A stretch of DNA of 64,000 nucleotides. Source: Camelus ferus. Taxonomy: Eukaryota. Positions within the stretch are counted from its first letter, which is position 1; each line of letters begins with the position of its first letter. The stretch lies in assembly GCF_009834535.1 (NCBI RefSeq), contig NC_045697.1:70806001-70870000 (forward strand), read 5' to 3'. A program made the position numbers and the translations under genes. Positions 1 to 11,395 of this stretch are shown piece by piece. A model generated the notes under the pieces. That model made no database searches. It was not told the DNA's origin and was given only the letters and a program-made list of their open reading frames with translations.

Positions 1-708
1 CAAGCACAGCTGCAGTTTCTGTCCTTAAGGCCTGCCTTTCTCACTGGGAAAGGCCTCTATATACCACGGAACCAAACTCGTAGAGGGGGGCCCACCTTTC
101 CCAGAGCAACACGCTGTGGACACTGGGGAAATGGTAGCCTTTGGTCTTCTTAGCTTGGCCCTCCTATAGTGGAACTTCCACTCTATGAGTAAAATGGAGT
201 AGGGGGTGTTCGAGTGCCAGTGTTCACAAGTGCCAAGCCTGAAGTAGGCAGTTCACCCTAAGTGTGGGAGCAAGGTGGGAGAAAGGAGACCCAGTCCTCT
301 CTGCTGCACCTACGTGGAATAAAGGTTCTGTAATACGAGGCTGAGGGGGAGAGGGATAAGAAATGCTGGCAGTCTGCTCTTTCTCAAATGAAACTGTAGC
401 TTAAGACTAGGAGCTGGGGAGAGAAGGGGTCCCTGTCTTCCTGGCTGCACAGGTCCAAGGTAGAACCCCCATTACACAAAGCATTGGGGTGGGTAAGGAA
501 GCAGGTTAGTTCTCAAATGCTACAGACTCTCACTGTTCTTACCAAGATCAAACAGATTTTCTTGAATGAAACTTTGTCCATTTGCTATATGCCCTTAGGA
601 CAATTTATAGGGAATTTAAATGACTGCTTGTAAAAAAATAGTAATTTTTAACAGTTATTTTGCTAGAGAGAGTTCCACTACTCTCGTTACTCTTCTATTC
701 CAAAAGTC
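1..708 (-). mobile_element. Old LINE-1 5' UTR fragment (L1M-type)
   Basis: Resembles a reverse-complement L1M 5' end (cttaccaagat..agattttcttgaat..ccatttgctatatgcccttaggacaattt). Confidence 0.65.
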
Positions 709-1119
709 TTGTTTAGATATACTTGTTACTTTTTCAGAATTTGATCATTTCTCATCTGAAAAATTTTTAAGCTTATCCCATTTAATCTTCTTGTCTTTCC
801 AGGGCCTCAATCTTGCCAATTCTTCAGTTGGAAAACAAAACAATAAACTAAATTAATAGCCCTTTTGTTCCTTGCAATACCTTCATGTCACTGCTGCTAC
901 AGAAGCTTGAAATGAATTTCCCTCCCTATTTCTCCTCCATCCCTTCGTTCACTTCCTCGTTACTTCCATCATTTTCACAGTTCTCTCTGTAATTTTATTT
1001 GTAGCTATTTCCTCTTCCCCATCAAAGATACACCAGCTCTGTCCATCATCAGTTTGTTGTTGTTGTTGTTGTTTAGGTGAAAACTAATTTCTCCCTATGC
1101 AACAAAATAAGATCAAAGA

Positions 1120-1780
1120 AGTTAATTCACATAAAGTATTTAGAAGAGTACCTGGCACATAGTAAGTAGACAAAATAGATAAAGTAGTTTTTATTTTTAA
1201 TGAAAGGCTAAAACAGAGTCCTAGAAGGTTAGAAGTAGAAGTGGCGTCAGCATTCAGCTATTTCTGCTCTACATTTTATAGATGGGACATCTACAAAGAA
1301 ACAAATGACTTACCCAAGACTTCAGATCAAATACATACATTATCTCATGTGTTTGAACCTGTGAAGATACCATCTCACTTACAATGAGCCTATGAAGTAG
1401 GTTGACTGGGTAACATTATAATGAGCATTTGTAAAACTGAGGCACATGGAAGTTAATGACTTGCCTAGGCTCATACCACTACGGAAGGACAGGACTGGGG
1501 CTAGAGGCAGATCTCCTGACGGACCAAAGGTACTGGATCACCTAACATGTTACTGAGTTTATTTTGGATTTTTTAAATGCATTTTAACAATCCTTTACAA
1601 TTTACTAAGTGTTTTCACATAATTTATGCCACTTGCTCTAACAAGTGGTGGAGGAGGTAGGGCAACACGAACAAAGGAATGTCACGGTCCTCTGAGAGAT
1701 CAGGAGTCAGGGTGCACAGCTAGCAAGATGTAAAACCAGGACCCCATGACTCCTACTCCAAGGCCAGTGCCCCTGCCTCT
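1120..1780. mobile_element. Cluster of MIR SINE fragments
   Basis: MIR core motifs such as aaactgaggcac..gttaatgacttgcctaggctcatac and cctggcacatagtaagt. Confidence 0.7.
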
Positions 1781-3789
1781 CCACCAGCCCGCCTCAGCAC
1801 AGCTCTCCCAGGACAAACGTGCTCTCTCCCTGTCACAGAGAGCCTTCTCACTTGACCATTAAAGCTCCAGTCAAGCAACTTCATAAAATAAACTGTGCAT
1901 ATTAAGGAGGTTCAAGATTATAGAAGTTTACCATTTTTGTTCTAAGATTTTAAAATTTCATGAAGCAATTTCATGCTATTACTTCCATTTGTTTTCAGTT
2001 ATTCTTGAATTACCCAAATGGGTAGTTTAAAACTTGAGGCCTTTACTGTTTGTTCTTCCATCCATTTGTCTTCCGGGTTCACAGTACATTTTTTACGAGC
2101 AAGATCCTACTCTTAAGACTTGTGTTCTTTTAGCAAAGAATATATTATACCCATACATGTTCATAAACTGTTATGAGCACTGGCCCAGTCACTCATCTAC
2201 CAATCTTATGCCAAATTCCTCAAACGTCAAAAAACAGCAATTTTTTAATAAAGGAAATAATTGCATCTCTTTGAAATATCACAAATCATATTTTATAAGT
2301 TTTCAGAAATTTTCCTTCAAAAAGTTGTAAAGGTAGAAGAAGTCATGTAATATTTTCTCATGGATTAAAATATATTAATGTTAATATTCTTCCAAAAGAA
2401 ATAATCTTCCATCTTAATTATGGTTTTAAGTGCTGCTTATGTGTGCAGTAAAGACTGATTTTTCTCACACTAGGTCCTGCTCATTTGAATGTATTTTCTA
2501 TGAATAAAAATAGCTGTCTTATAACATTTTACTTTATGATATTTAGAACTTTTCTCAACTATTTAAAACATGGAAAGAGCTTTATTTCCTGTTTGCTTAT
2601 AAGATTATATACTTCTAAAATATTTTTAAAATGTAGAAAAGAAAAATCTCCTGAAATATCACGTTGATAGATAACCACAATTAACATTTTAAAAACATGC
2701 TTCCAGATATTTCAGAGATATGCATGTAATTTTCGATGTTATTTTGTAACTTATTTTTCATTCACCAGTACCTCTGCTGTCATTTCCGCACTAATAAATA
2801 CAGGTACACAAAATCTTTCTTCTTGGTTTTTAAATTTGGGGTGGGGGTGAGGGCTTGGTTTACTTTTTACCACAAATGTAGAGTTTTAGTAATATACCTC
2901 TATATAAGGCACTCCGTATCATTGGTAAATACAAGGTCCAGTCTTGGTTTATTTTGTTTTTACCTTCACTTTCAATCCCTGGTTCCTTCTACTCCCCGTA
3001 GAAATACACTACCTATAATAAGTGTGATGCACATCCTTGAATATGTATGTATCCTTATACAACATCAATGCTGGTTTGTAGGTACATTTATATACTTATT
3101 TGTAGACATATGTATATATAATAGGTGAACACACATGTTAATCTATTGCATCAACAAATAACAGTACACACACACAAACACAAAGTACACTAACACCGTT
3201 GAATGTGACAACTCATGCAGGCATACATCATTTGTCCATCATCCCCTTTCACATGTGTTTCTTTTTGATCCGTTTTGGCCATAGGCCAAAATGCTTTTTG
3301 CATGGTTCTGACTCACCATCGTACAAAAGAAGCAAGCACAAGACAAAGAGTCAGAGGAATCTTTCTCTGGCACCTCTATGTTTTGTTCAAAATCCAAAAT
3401 TGTTTCCCCATTTGCAACTTGTGAAGATGTCGCTCTGTCCTTCTCCCTTTAACTTTCCTCCTCACCTTCTTTACATCTCTTTCCACAAGGCAAATTTTTT
3501 CTTAATTCAAAGTTAGGATCTGTATTTTACAAGAGTATTTTAATGTATTAGAAATTTAGCATGTCTGCTTTAAATGGTGCCAGTTTTTATTATGATTATT
3601 ATTGCCTATGATAGAGCTCTTTTTATAAAACTGCAAAGCTTTGGAGTGGACTATCTCAATGCTATTTCTCCCATGAGTCCTGTTACTATTACTGCTTGAA
3701 TATGCAGAAATGTTATTTATTTCAAGAGTACATGTATTTTATTTCTCTAGGGATGGGCCCCTATATTGCCTTCAGTCTATACTGGCTCA

Positions 3790-4230
3790 CATGTCCCTTG
3801 AGGATCTGTGGTATTCATAGGAGTGAAATTGCTGGGTAATAAGTTAATATGAATATACAATTTAACTATACACTTGGACAGATTTCTCTTCAGAATCACT
3901 GTACCAATTTGTGTTTCCACCAATGTCTTCCCCATATCATGGTTTTTAATAGCTAAATAATATTCTGTCTTATAGAAGGAAGTATTATAATTCACTTCAC
4001 CATTCCTCTACTTTTGGACTTTTGTGTTATTTCTACTTCGTGATTTATTACATTAAAATTCATAGATATATATATCCTTCTGTATAAATCTTTGTCCAAT
4101 GTTTTGACTACTTTTTTGAAGATAATTTCCTAAAAATGTAGAAATAGTAGAAGATAATAGGCATATAATGCTTTTGATGCATATTGCCAAATTGCTTTTC
4201 AGAAAGCTTTTATCAATTACAGTTCCCTTC
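3790..4230 (-). mobile_element. L1ME-like 3' fragment
   Basis: ggagtgaaattgctgggt and atattgccaaattgcttttcagaaag motifs. Confidence 0.6.
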
Positions 4231-4389
4231 AGAAATCCTTCATGTGTTCATTCATTCATAAAATATTCATTAAGTGCCTAGTATTTTTCAGGTACTCTTC
4301 AGTCCAATGGATTTAGGCAAAGAATGAATCTCCATTCCTTGGTAGGGGGAGGGCTTATGGAGGAGAGAGGACGCTAAGGAAGGAGATGA

Positions 4390-4670
4390 CCTTAGTTTGG
4401 AACTAGCTTCAGGCTGTTCCCAGAGGAAGCTCTGCTATACAAATTACAACGCAGACACAGTACCTCTCAGCCTTGAGGCAGGAGGTTAGGCCATATGCAG
4501 TCCCTGTCGGCTGAGGTGGAGGATGGGGAGTGGGACGCTGCACAAAGAGCCCCTCTTTGCGTCAAAAACAATTCTCCATCAGTGGGGCAGCTGGGCTTTG
4601 TTAGGTGTCACCACTCACAAAGACGGAGGGTGGAGGCAGCTACCTGCGATGGGGACCTGGGCAGGGGGTT
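4390..4670. mobile_element. Old ERVL-type LTR fragment (LTR16-like)
   Basis: GC-richer block resembling the LTR16-like segments at 18.6 and 59.5 kb. Confidence 0.4.
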
Positions 4671-5134
4671 CTACTTTTCTATGAATAAGAACTTGACAAA
4701 GACTAAAACCTCGATTTTCTTTTTAAAAACTCTTGAGACCCTTCCTTCCAACATGAAGGAGGCTGAACAGACTCAATTTTCATTTTGTAATCTTATTTAA
4801 CTTCTAACAAATAAGAACATCACCATGGTAGGGTGTACCTAAGACACCCCCACAGCTGACTCTCAGTACTATGACCCACAGTGAAAATCTGAAACTACCA
4901 GAAGAAAATTTAGAAGTCCATCTACTCCATCCCATTCTTTCAGGGTAGATGATACTCACCTCACCTAGGTGAAGAGGAATTTGTATCTCTCATACACGTT
5001 CAGGCCAAAAGTTAGTGTTATTTCCACAGATGTGCTCAGTAAATGAAGATGGGAAATAACATCTCTCCACATCCAGGTAAGAAAAGAAGAGTGAGACTCT
5101 GCTGGGTGCATGGGCAGAAGCCAGCATCACAACT

Positions 5135-5250
5135 AGAGTGACCAACAATTTGGGTTTGCCCAGAACTGAAACATTTCCCCGGACAGGACAAAGGACTTCC
5201 AGTATTAAAACTGGCATCATCCCAGGCAAATCAGAATAAGTATCCATAAG
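5135..5250. mobile_element. Short hAT-type DNA transposon MITE (MER96-like)
   Basis: agagtgaccaac..ggtttgcccagaactg...catcccaggcaaatcag with imperfect inverted-repeat structure. Confidence 0.45.
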
Positions 5251-6662
5251 GTCCAACAACAAATTCAAATTTTACTGGTATTTATTGTTACAAACTGTAA
5301 TTTTTCCACTTTCTTCTCCAACAGAGTTTGTGATATTCTCTGAGTTTACTATAGCTGTGCAGTTTATGAAGTCAAAAGAAATTTACCCCAAATTTCATAG
5401 TTCTCACATTAATAGCTGCAGATTTACTCTTAACCAAGAATCTCTATTTTTTTTAAATTTTCAGAGCTACAAATATTTCCAAATGGTAGAAGAATTCAAA
5501 AGGAAAAACAAGATCAAGAGGTATAAATAACTTAAAATTTGGAGGTTTCATTTTAAGTAAATGAGAGCTGGTCAGAGAGCTACTTTAGTTTCCAGGCTTT
5601 TCAAATCTACATTCTCAGAGTACAGACAGATTTTACAAAAGGATCTCCATCCATCCCCAACTCAAATGTCGATGTCCAGCTGCTTCATTTGTCCATCTCC
5701 TTCACCACATTGATTGCTAAAATATTACGCACAGGGAAACTGTGAGTGGAGAAAAAGCTAGAAAGAGGATAGCAAGGAGAACAGAAACTGGATCAGAGAC
5801 ACAAGCTGAACAAGTTGAGGTGGGCCAGCAGAAACATCCTTAGGAAGAAAAGTGCCAAACAATGAATTTTCAGTTCACATTTCTCACAATAAGATTTTCT
5901 ATCTCCACCTTCAGTAAAGTCTTTTCTACATGCAAGTGTTGTATAGGTTACATCTTAAGGAATCTAAGAAGCAGGGTTTTATTCTACTTCAAGGTTGACA
6001 GAGTCTGATAGAAGGACAACAGAAACAGCATTAAAAAAACTGTCCCTACAACTGAAGTAGTCCAGTGGGCATCAAAGCTCAGAGCCAGAGATAACCATGA
6101 GAACAATTTGAGCCTTTGGAAGTTAGTTTCTACAATCTACAAAGTGGAAGTTCAAAACACCCTTACTTGGATATTAAGAGGAAAGGTAGTGTGTTAGCTG
6201 ACATCTGGATAACAATTGTACACTTCATGACCCTCTAACACCCAGGTGTAGTTTATCCTAAGTGCCATATCCATTCTGCCCAGGCTTAACCATATCTGCA
6301 GAAACCAGTTTTTGTTGCAACCAGGATAGCAGGTGGGACCGCCTCTGCAAGTCTTTCTCCCTCTGCTGCCCCATGGTAAACTGCTACTTCATTTTGTATC
6401 AATCACATCTTCCCACCACTTGATACCTACATCTATATTTTCAAGAACCGGGAAGACAGAATAAATTTAGTAAGGGAAAAGTTCTGCTACAAAATCTGCT
6501 GCGAAATAGAACCTCTTTGTTGATGGGCTTAGCCACCTTCCACAAATTGAGTGAGTGCTCTGAGAAAATATGCAGCACGGAAACCTACCAGGAATGTTGT
6601 CGATGTGTTCTTCCCTGATAGCTCAAGGACAGACGGTTGGCAATTCATTTTGGGGGACTCAC

Positions 6663-6947
6663 AAAAATTATAGATGGGGAAAGGTTACTTGATACGGGAA
6701 TCTTATCACGTTGTAGGTTATGTAGGTTGTTCCCAACAGCAGAGGAAATGACTCTTATACTTGCAAATGAGGGGCTTTATCATTTGCTTCACTGGGTCAC
6801 TGCAAAAACTCCCTTGGAGCTTTTCACCAAGGCATATCTGTGCCTGTGCAGCCTTCTGGAAATATTTATGAGGTAGAAAAGTTGAAAGCAGCTTCGGCAT
6901 TAATATCCATCTTGACTGTCTTCCAAGACCAGAGCTGACTTATTTTT
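6663..6947 (-). pseudogene. Exon remnant, 285 nt (frame ambiguous, several stops)
   Basis: ttttcgtggtgttctcctag acceptor, TTT|GTGAGT donor; length is a multiple of 3. Confidence 0.4.
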
Positions 6948-7659
6948 CTAGGAGAACACCACGAAAAGGTAATTGATAGCTGCTGTTAGGTCACCTGCTC
7001 CAGCCTCAGGGGGCGGCTCATTGCAGCGTGCTTATTTGTTTTTCCTCTTATGTTATTAGAATATTGCAAAGAATCATGCTTCCACAACCTTCTAAGGAGA
7101 ATTCATGGAAATGTATATAAAGAAAGCTTCTCTAACAGTCTAACTTTCTTTTATTAATTGTGACTAAAATAATTTTTTCTTATTCTTTTTCAAATCTGTC
7201 ATATCCACCTAAGTCTGCAGATTTTCCTTCTTTCGGACATTAAATGTCCTCCGAAAAGAAAACAAGCAAAAATTATACACCAGATTAATTATTTGGTATT
7301 GAGATGCCCATCACCAGCTCTAGAGAATATATAAAGCTTTAAATGGAGAAGGCCACTCCTTCTCTTCCTAATTAATTACCTTCTTTGATGTAAAATGAAA
7401 ATGGGACTTCTTCCTTTCCAGAAGTTATGATCTTCTCTATTTTATGAAAATATTCTAGAAGCCAGACTTTCAAACTTCTTAATGTTTGTAATAATTACAA
7501 TCTAAATGACTGTCCGTCCATATCTGGACATCCTATTCCCAGATACTAGGAAGCACCAGGAGGAAAAAGGAACTATTTTTATTAAGTAGCACCAACTTCC
7601 AGAGGCTTGACAAACTGATAGTTTGAGATTAAGGTGCCAGGGCCTTAAAGGGAAAGAGT

Positions 7660-7990
7660 CATTTATTCATTAACAAAGCTTTAATCAAGGGCCTGCTATG
7701 GGTCACAGGTACTGCACTGAACACTGGGGAGAGAGAAATGAACAAGATACAGGAGACCATGGAAACACACGGCCTGTAATGCTGTTAACAGCTGCCACTG
7801 CAGTGCAGTGAGCACAAAAGGGGGGTATCCATTCTGACTTGGGGTTTGGGATCAGAAAAGCTTATTTAGAAGTTTCCAATTTAGATTGGAATTGGAAGGT
7901 TAGTAAATTTTTGCCAGGGAGACAGCAAGAGAGAAAGGGAAAGTGGAAGAAGGAAACAGAAGCCCTCCTCCCTTAGGGGCCATAGCATGT
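7660..7990 (-). mobile_element. L2 fragment
   Basis: cattcattaacaaa..cctgctatgggtcacaggtactgcact, typical of a reversed L2 3' end. Confidence 0.6.
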
Positions 7991-8299
7991 AAATGGGTAA
8001 CTGAATACTCAGTGGGTAACCATCTAAATCCTATACACATTCTCCCACATCACTATCACTATTATCTGTCTTCATAATTTAAGCTTGAAGTCTTAGTTCA
8101 ATAAGGATTTTATTTTTATTTTTAAAGCTCATTTTAAAAAAAGATATTCAATGAATATTTCTTAATAATGAGAAAGAGGAGAAAAAAACTAATCTGATTT
8201 TTCTACAAACTGCAAAGTTCTGGCTTCCTTCCTAAGTGCAGATAGATAACGGGGGAAACACTGAGACACTTTCTATCCAAGGCAAAATAACAAAGTCAC

Positions 8300-9020
8300 A
8301 TTTGCCCATTTTCCGGGCCAAATTTCCTCTGACCCCAGCGAGCTGTGTTGTTCTTTATCCCCTGAATCTAACAGGAGTGAAAACATGCCTGTTCTTTTCC
8401 TGAGGGAAACTGTGCCTCTCAGCTTTACTCTAACTCCATCTGCATTTCAGTGGAGAAAAAGGAAAGCCCCCACTAAACAGGAGCTATTTGCTGCTAGAGA
8501 ATAATTTTCCACTCTGTAAAGAAATCAGGCAAAGAAAAAGATTCAGCTTTTTCCCGTTTCTGTTCTCCACATTTCCCTGCTTTCCAAGGAGAGTTTTCTG
8601 TTTGCTGGGTTCTTTGGGTTTTTGTGATGTTACAAAAGGGAGGGAGTCACAGAGGTAGGAAGTGGGAACGGGGAAGGATTGGTCAAAGCTGCTTAGCTGA
8701 TTTATAGGAGGAAGTGGTGAGGGAAGGTGGGGAAGAGGAAGAGAGAGAAGTCATATGGGGCGGGAGTAGATAAGAAAGTCTTTGTGAAGGAAGAATCCGA
8801 AGGGAGGAGGTATTGGAGGAGGTATTGGAGGAGCTGCAGGATATAATGGGAGGAGCCAAAGGATAAAAGAGAATTTTTAACAAGTGTTCTGTAAACTGTG
8901 TGTTTACGATACCCTGCATAGCTTTCATGAAATACTAGTAAAACGTTTGAAAATTTTTTAATTTACTTTGATTTTCATCACTGTATTTCTTTAAAAATAG
9001 CTGTGCTCCAAGATTGAATC
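8300..9020 (-). pseudogene. Two exon remnants: 9020-8913 (FNLGAQLFLKKYSDENQSKLKNFQTFY*YFMKAMQ) and 8513-8300
   Basis: Acceptors aactgtag and gatttctttacag; donors AGG|GTATCG and AAT|GTGACT. The first is a symmetric 108 nt with one stop; the frame of the second is ambiguous. Confidence 0.45.
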
Positions 9021-9094
9021 CTACAGTTTCAGTTCAACAAGGATCGCTCTTCTTTGACACGCAAGCTTACTGGTCAGCAAATAATATTAATCCC

Positions 9095-9427
9095 ACTGTG
9101 TCTACTGCAGCAGCCACCAGCCACACATGGCTATCAAGTGCTTGAAGTGTGGCTGGTCTGGACTGAGATGTGCTGTAACTGTAAAATACACACAGGATTT
9201 TGAAGACCTAGTTTAAAAAAAGAAAAGGAGGGAAGGAGGGAGGGAGGAAGGAAGGAAAGAAGGAAGGAATCATATTAGAATGGTAATATTTCAGCTATAT
9301 TAAGTAAAACATTGTTAATAGTAATTTTCCTGTTCCTTTTTGCTTAACATGGCTACTAGAAAAATTTTCAATTATATATGGGCTCACATTTGTGGCTTGC
9401 ATTACATTTTTACTGGATAGTAGTGTC
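9095..9427. mobile_element. MER33 (hAT-Charlie) with an internal (GGAA/GGAG)n expansion
   Basis: gagatgtgctgtaactgtaaaatacacacaggattttgaagacctagt...tggctactagaaaaattttcaattatatatg. Confidence 0.75.
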
Positions 9428-9559
9428 CTAATTTATAATAAAAACCAACCACAGACAGTGACTGAGCATCCTGTGTGAGCAGGACGCTGTGTGAGGTTTT
9501 TCTGCAGGTTAGGAAGCAGTCAAGTTCATGAGCCAAGGAGCCCCTGCGTCTCGGTTTAC

Positions 9560-10130
9560 TCCTGGTACTGTCATCCCTGAGTGACCCATGTGATCCATGT
9601 GATCTTAGTAAAGCACTCAGCATCTTTTAAACCTTTGTTTCCTAACCTGAAAAATGGAATTAATAATAGTACTTTCCTCACAGGGTGGCTGATACAGGTA
9701 AAACATTTAGAAGAGTGTTGTGACGTGCCTGGCCCCTAATAAGAAATCAATCAGTATTACCTTTTATTACCATTACTATAAGGGAGGAAAGGGCACTACA
9801 ATGCACTGAGTGCTATTTAGGTTTTACTTTATTTATGTCTTTCTGTACACTCCATGAGGGCAGGGACTGTATCTATTTTGTTTTCTCCCCCCCTCCTTTT
9901 TTTTTTTTTGCAATAAATAGCACAATGTGCGGCAGGAATATATTTACTAAATACTGAGTGAATAAGTCAGGGATGAAGAATGAATTAATGGGCAGTATTG
10001 TTACTCTTATTTTAGGGAAGAGGAAACTGAACTTTATGAACGTTCAGAGGTTAAAAGGGCTGGAGAAGTCATGAAATTCATAGATGACAGAACTCACATA
10101 TAAATCCAAATTTACATAAACATTCACAGA
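9560..10130. mobile_element. MIR and L2 fragments
   Basis: tgtttcctaacctgaaaaatggaattaataatagtac; ctccatgagggcagggactgtatct. Confidence 0.65.
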
Positions 10131-10269
10131 CAGTGAACTCCAGGAGCATTCCATCTAGCTAGAGAAACAAAATGTATTTAAAGTAACAACAAATAATATT
10201 AATACTACTAGCCCACAGATGATACCATTTAAATAACCTAATTGATGATTACTAGAGAAGTTGAGTCTG

Positions 10270-11395
10270 GAAGTGGCAAGACAGGCCTTCAGATAATTAG
10301 ATATTTCCCAAGAAGATTTTGTGAGCCCAAATTCTTGCATTCCCTCCATATTTAGAAAAACACTAAAGTCATTAATGGTGACCTCTGCTTTGGCCATTAA
10401 AGAGACAGATGCATTTGAAAGTCAGAATGGAAAAACTGGAGTTCAAACATGTAAGGTAAAACTTGGTGGCCATCGTGGACGTGATTTCAGACAACCTTCT
10501 GTGTTGCTGAGAACTTAAATTTTCTGAACTGTATCAGAATCAAGGACACCTTTGGTCATTCTCAAAGCAGCTAAAAACTTTATGGTTGCAAAATCTCCTT
10601 AGATCTCCTCACCACAGGGCAGGGAGGGGCCTGTGTCTGTCTAAAAGAGGAATGCTGTGTTTACTCCAATACTTTCCCGCTTCATTTCAGATCGTCTCCA
10701 ACAATTTCAAAATAAGATTCTGCTGCTACATGGCTAGAAGCCTATCCCAGAGTCAAACTATCTAGACTTAGATAAGGTAAACAGAGAGTCCTATTCTGGG
10801 AGACAGGCCAAAGCCCCTTTTCAGCAGGAAGTAGCTACCGAAGACAGAGACCGCCATCCATTTCCCCAAGAATCTTGACAGAGTCTCTAAGCGGGGAACT
10901 GGAGAGGTGATCAGGCAGGCTTACTGACCCTGGCTGGTTAACAACAAGGAAAAGAAGTGTCAGGCTGTTGAAATATAGGATGTTTCTCTTATCCCACAGC
11001 TGGCTTCTTGGTTCTAAAGACATAGCCATACAACAGGATGTTTTTCTGTTCCACAACTTGCTGCGTTAATCCCAAGGACATACCCCAGTATCTCTTTCTT
11101 TGTTCTCTTTCCTGCCGAGGTTTCTGTTTTAGGTGCTGAGCTCCATGGGAGCAAAGAGCCCATAATAGAAGGTGATTGGCACCACTGAAACGAAGATATG
11201 ATGGCAAAACCTTCCAATAAAAACCACACGACCTGATTGGGGGATGGAGCTCTCTTGTCCGGCCACCTAGGCTGACAGCTCCCTGCTCAAGAGCTTTCTT
11301 TCCTTTTCCTCTTTGGAGCAAAAAAGCAGTCTTTCACTTTGTCCCACTGCCTCTGTTAAGAACTCTGTCTCAACTGCCAGGCAAGGACCCACACA
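10270..11395 (+). mobile_element. Deleted ERV1-class provirus: LTR-like piece, env C-terminal remnant, polypurine tract and 3' LTR (about 10900-11395)
   Basis: 10283-10376 aligns by eye with the solo LTR at 62117-62211. 10691-10735 reads RLQQFQNKILLLHG (ERV1 env-tail style), followed by cagcaggaagtagct and agcggggaac|tg. The LTR-like end is ccaggcaaggacccaca. Confidence 0.6.

Larger units (their letters stand above)
881..5073 (-). pseudogene. Run of five phase-matched exon remnants: 5073-4965, 3519-3317, 2324-2201, 2126-1932, 1094-881
   Basis: Phases 0-1, 1-0, 0-1, 1-1, 1-x give DVERCYFPSSFTEHICGNNTNFWPERV*EIQIPLHL|DPNFELRKNLPCGKRCKEGEEES*REKDRATSSQVANGETILDFEQNIEVPEKDSSDSLSCACFFCTM|LFEGKFLKTYKI*FVIFQRDAIISFIKKLLFFDV*GIWHKI|EHKS*E*DLARKKCTVNPEDKWMEEQTVKASSFKLPIWVIQE*LKTNGSNSMKLLHEILKS*NKN|GRN*FSPKQQQQQQTDDGQSWCIFDGEEEIATNK. 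Two acceptors must be read as mutated (ctg and caa in place of cag). Confidence 0.55.

Noticed and set aside
5662..5716. Intact terminal coding exon NQCGEGDGQMKQLDIDI*
   Set aside because: Further exon remnants continue downstream, so the stop is more likely another lesion; frame is ambiguous.
6588..6614. 26-nt minus-strand micro-exon (EEHIDNIP)
   Set aside because: It would need an intron of about 50 nt from the 6663 donor, too short for a mammal.
8461..8470. NF-kB-like site GGGGCTTTCC (also near 11401 and 18892)
   Set aside because: Isolated 10-mers are expected by chance in 64 kb, and two lie in or beside repeats.
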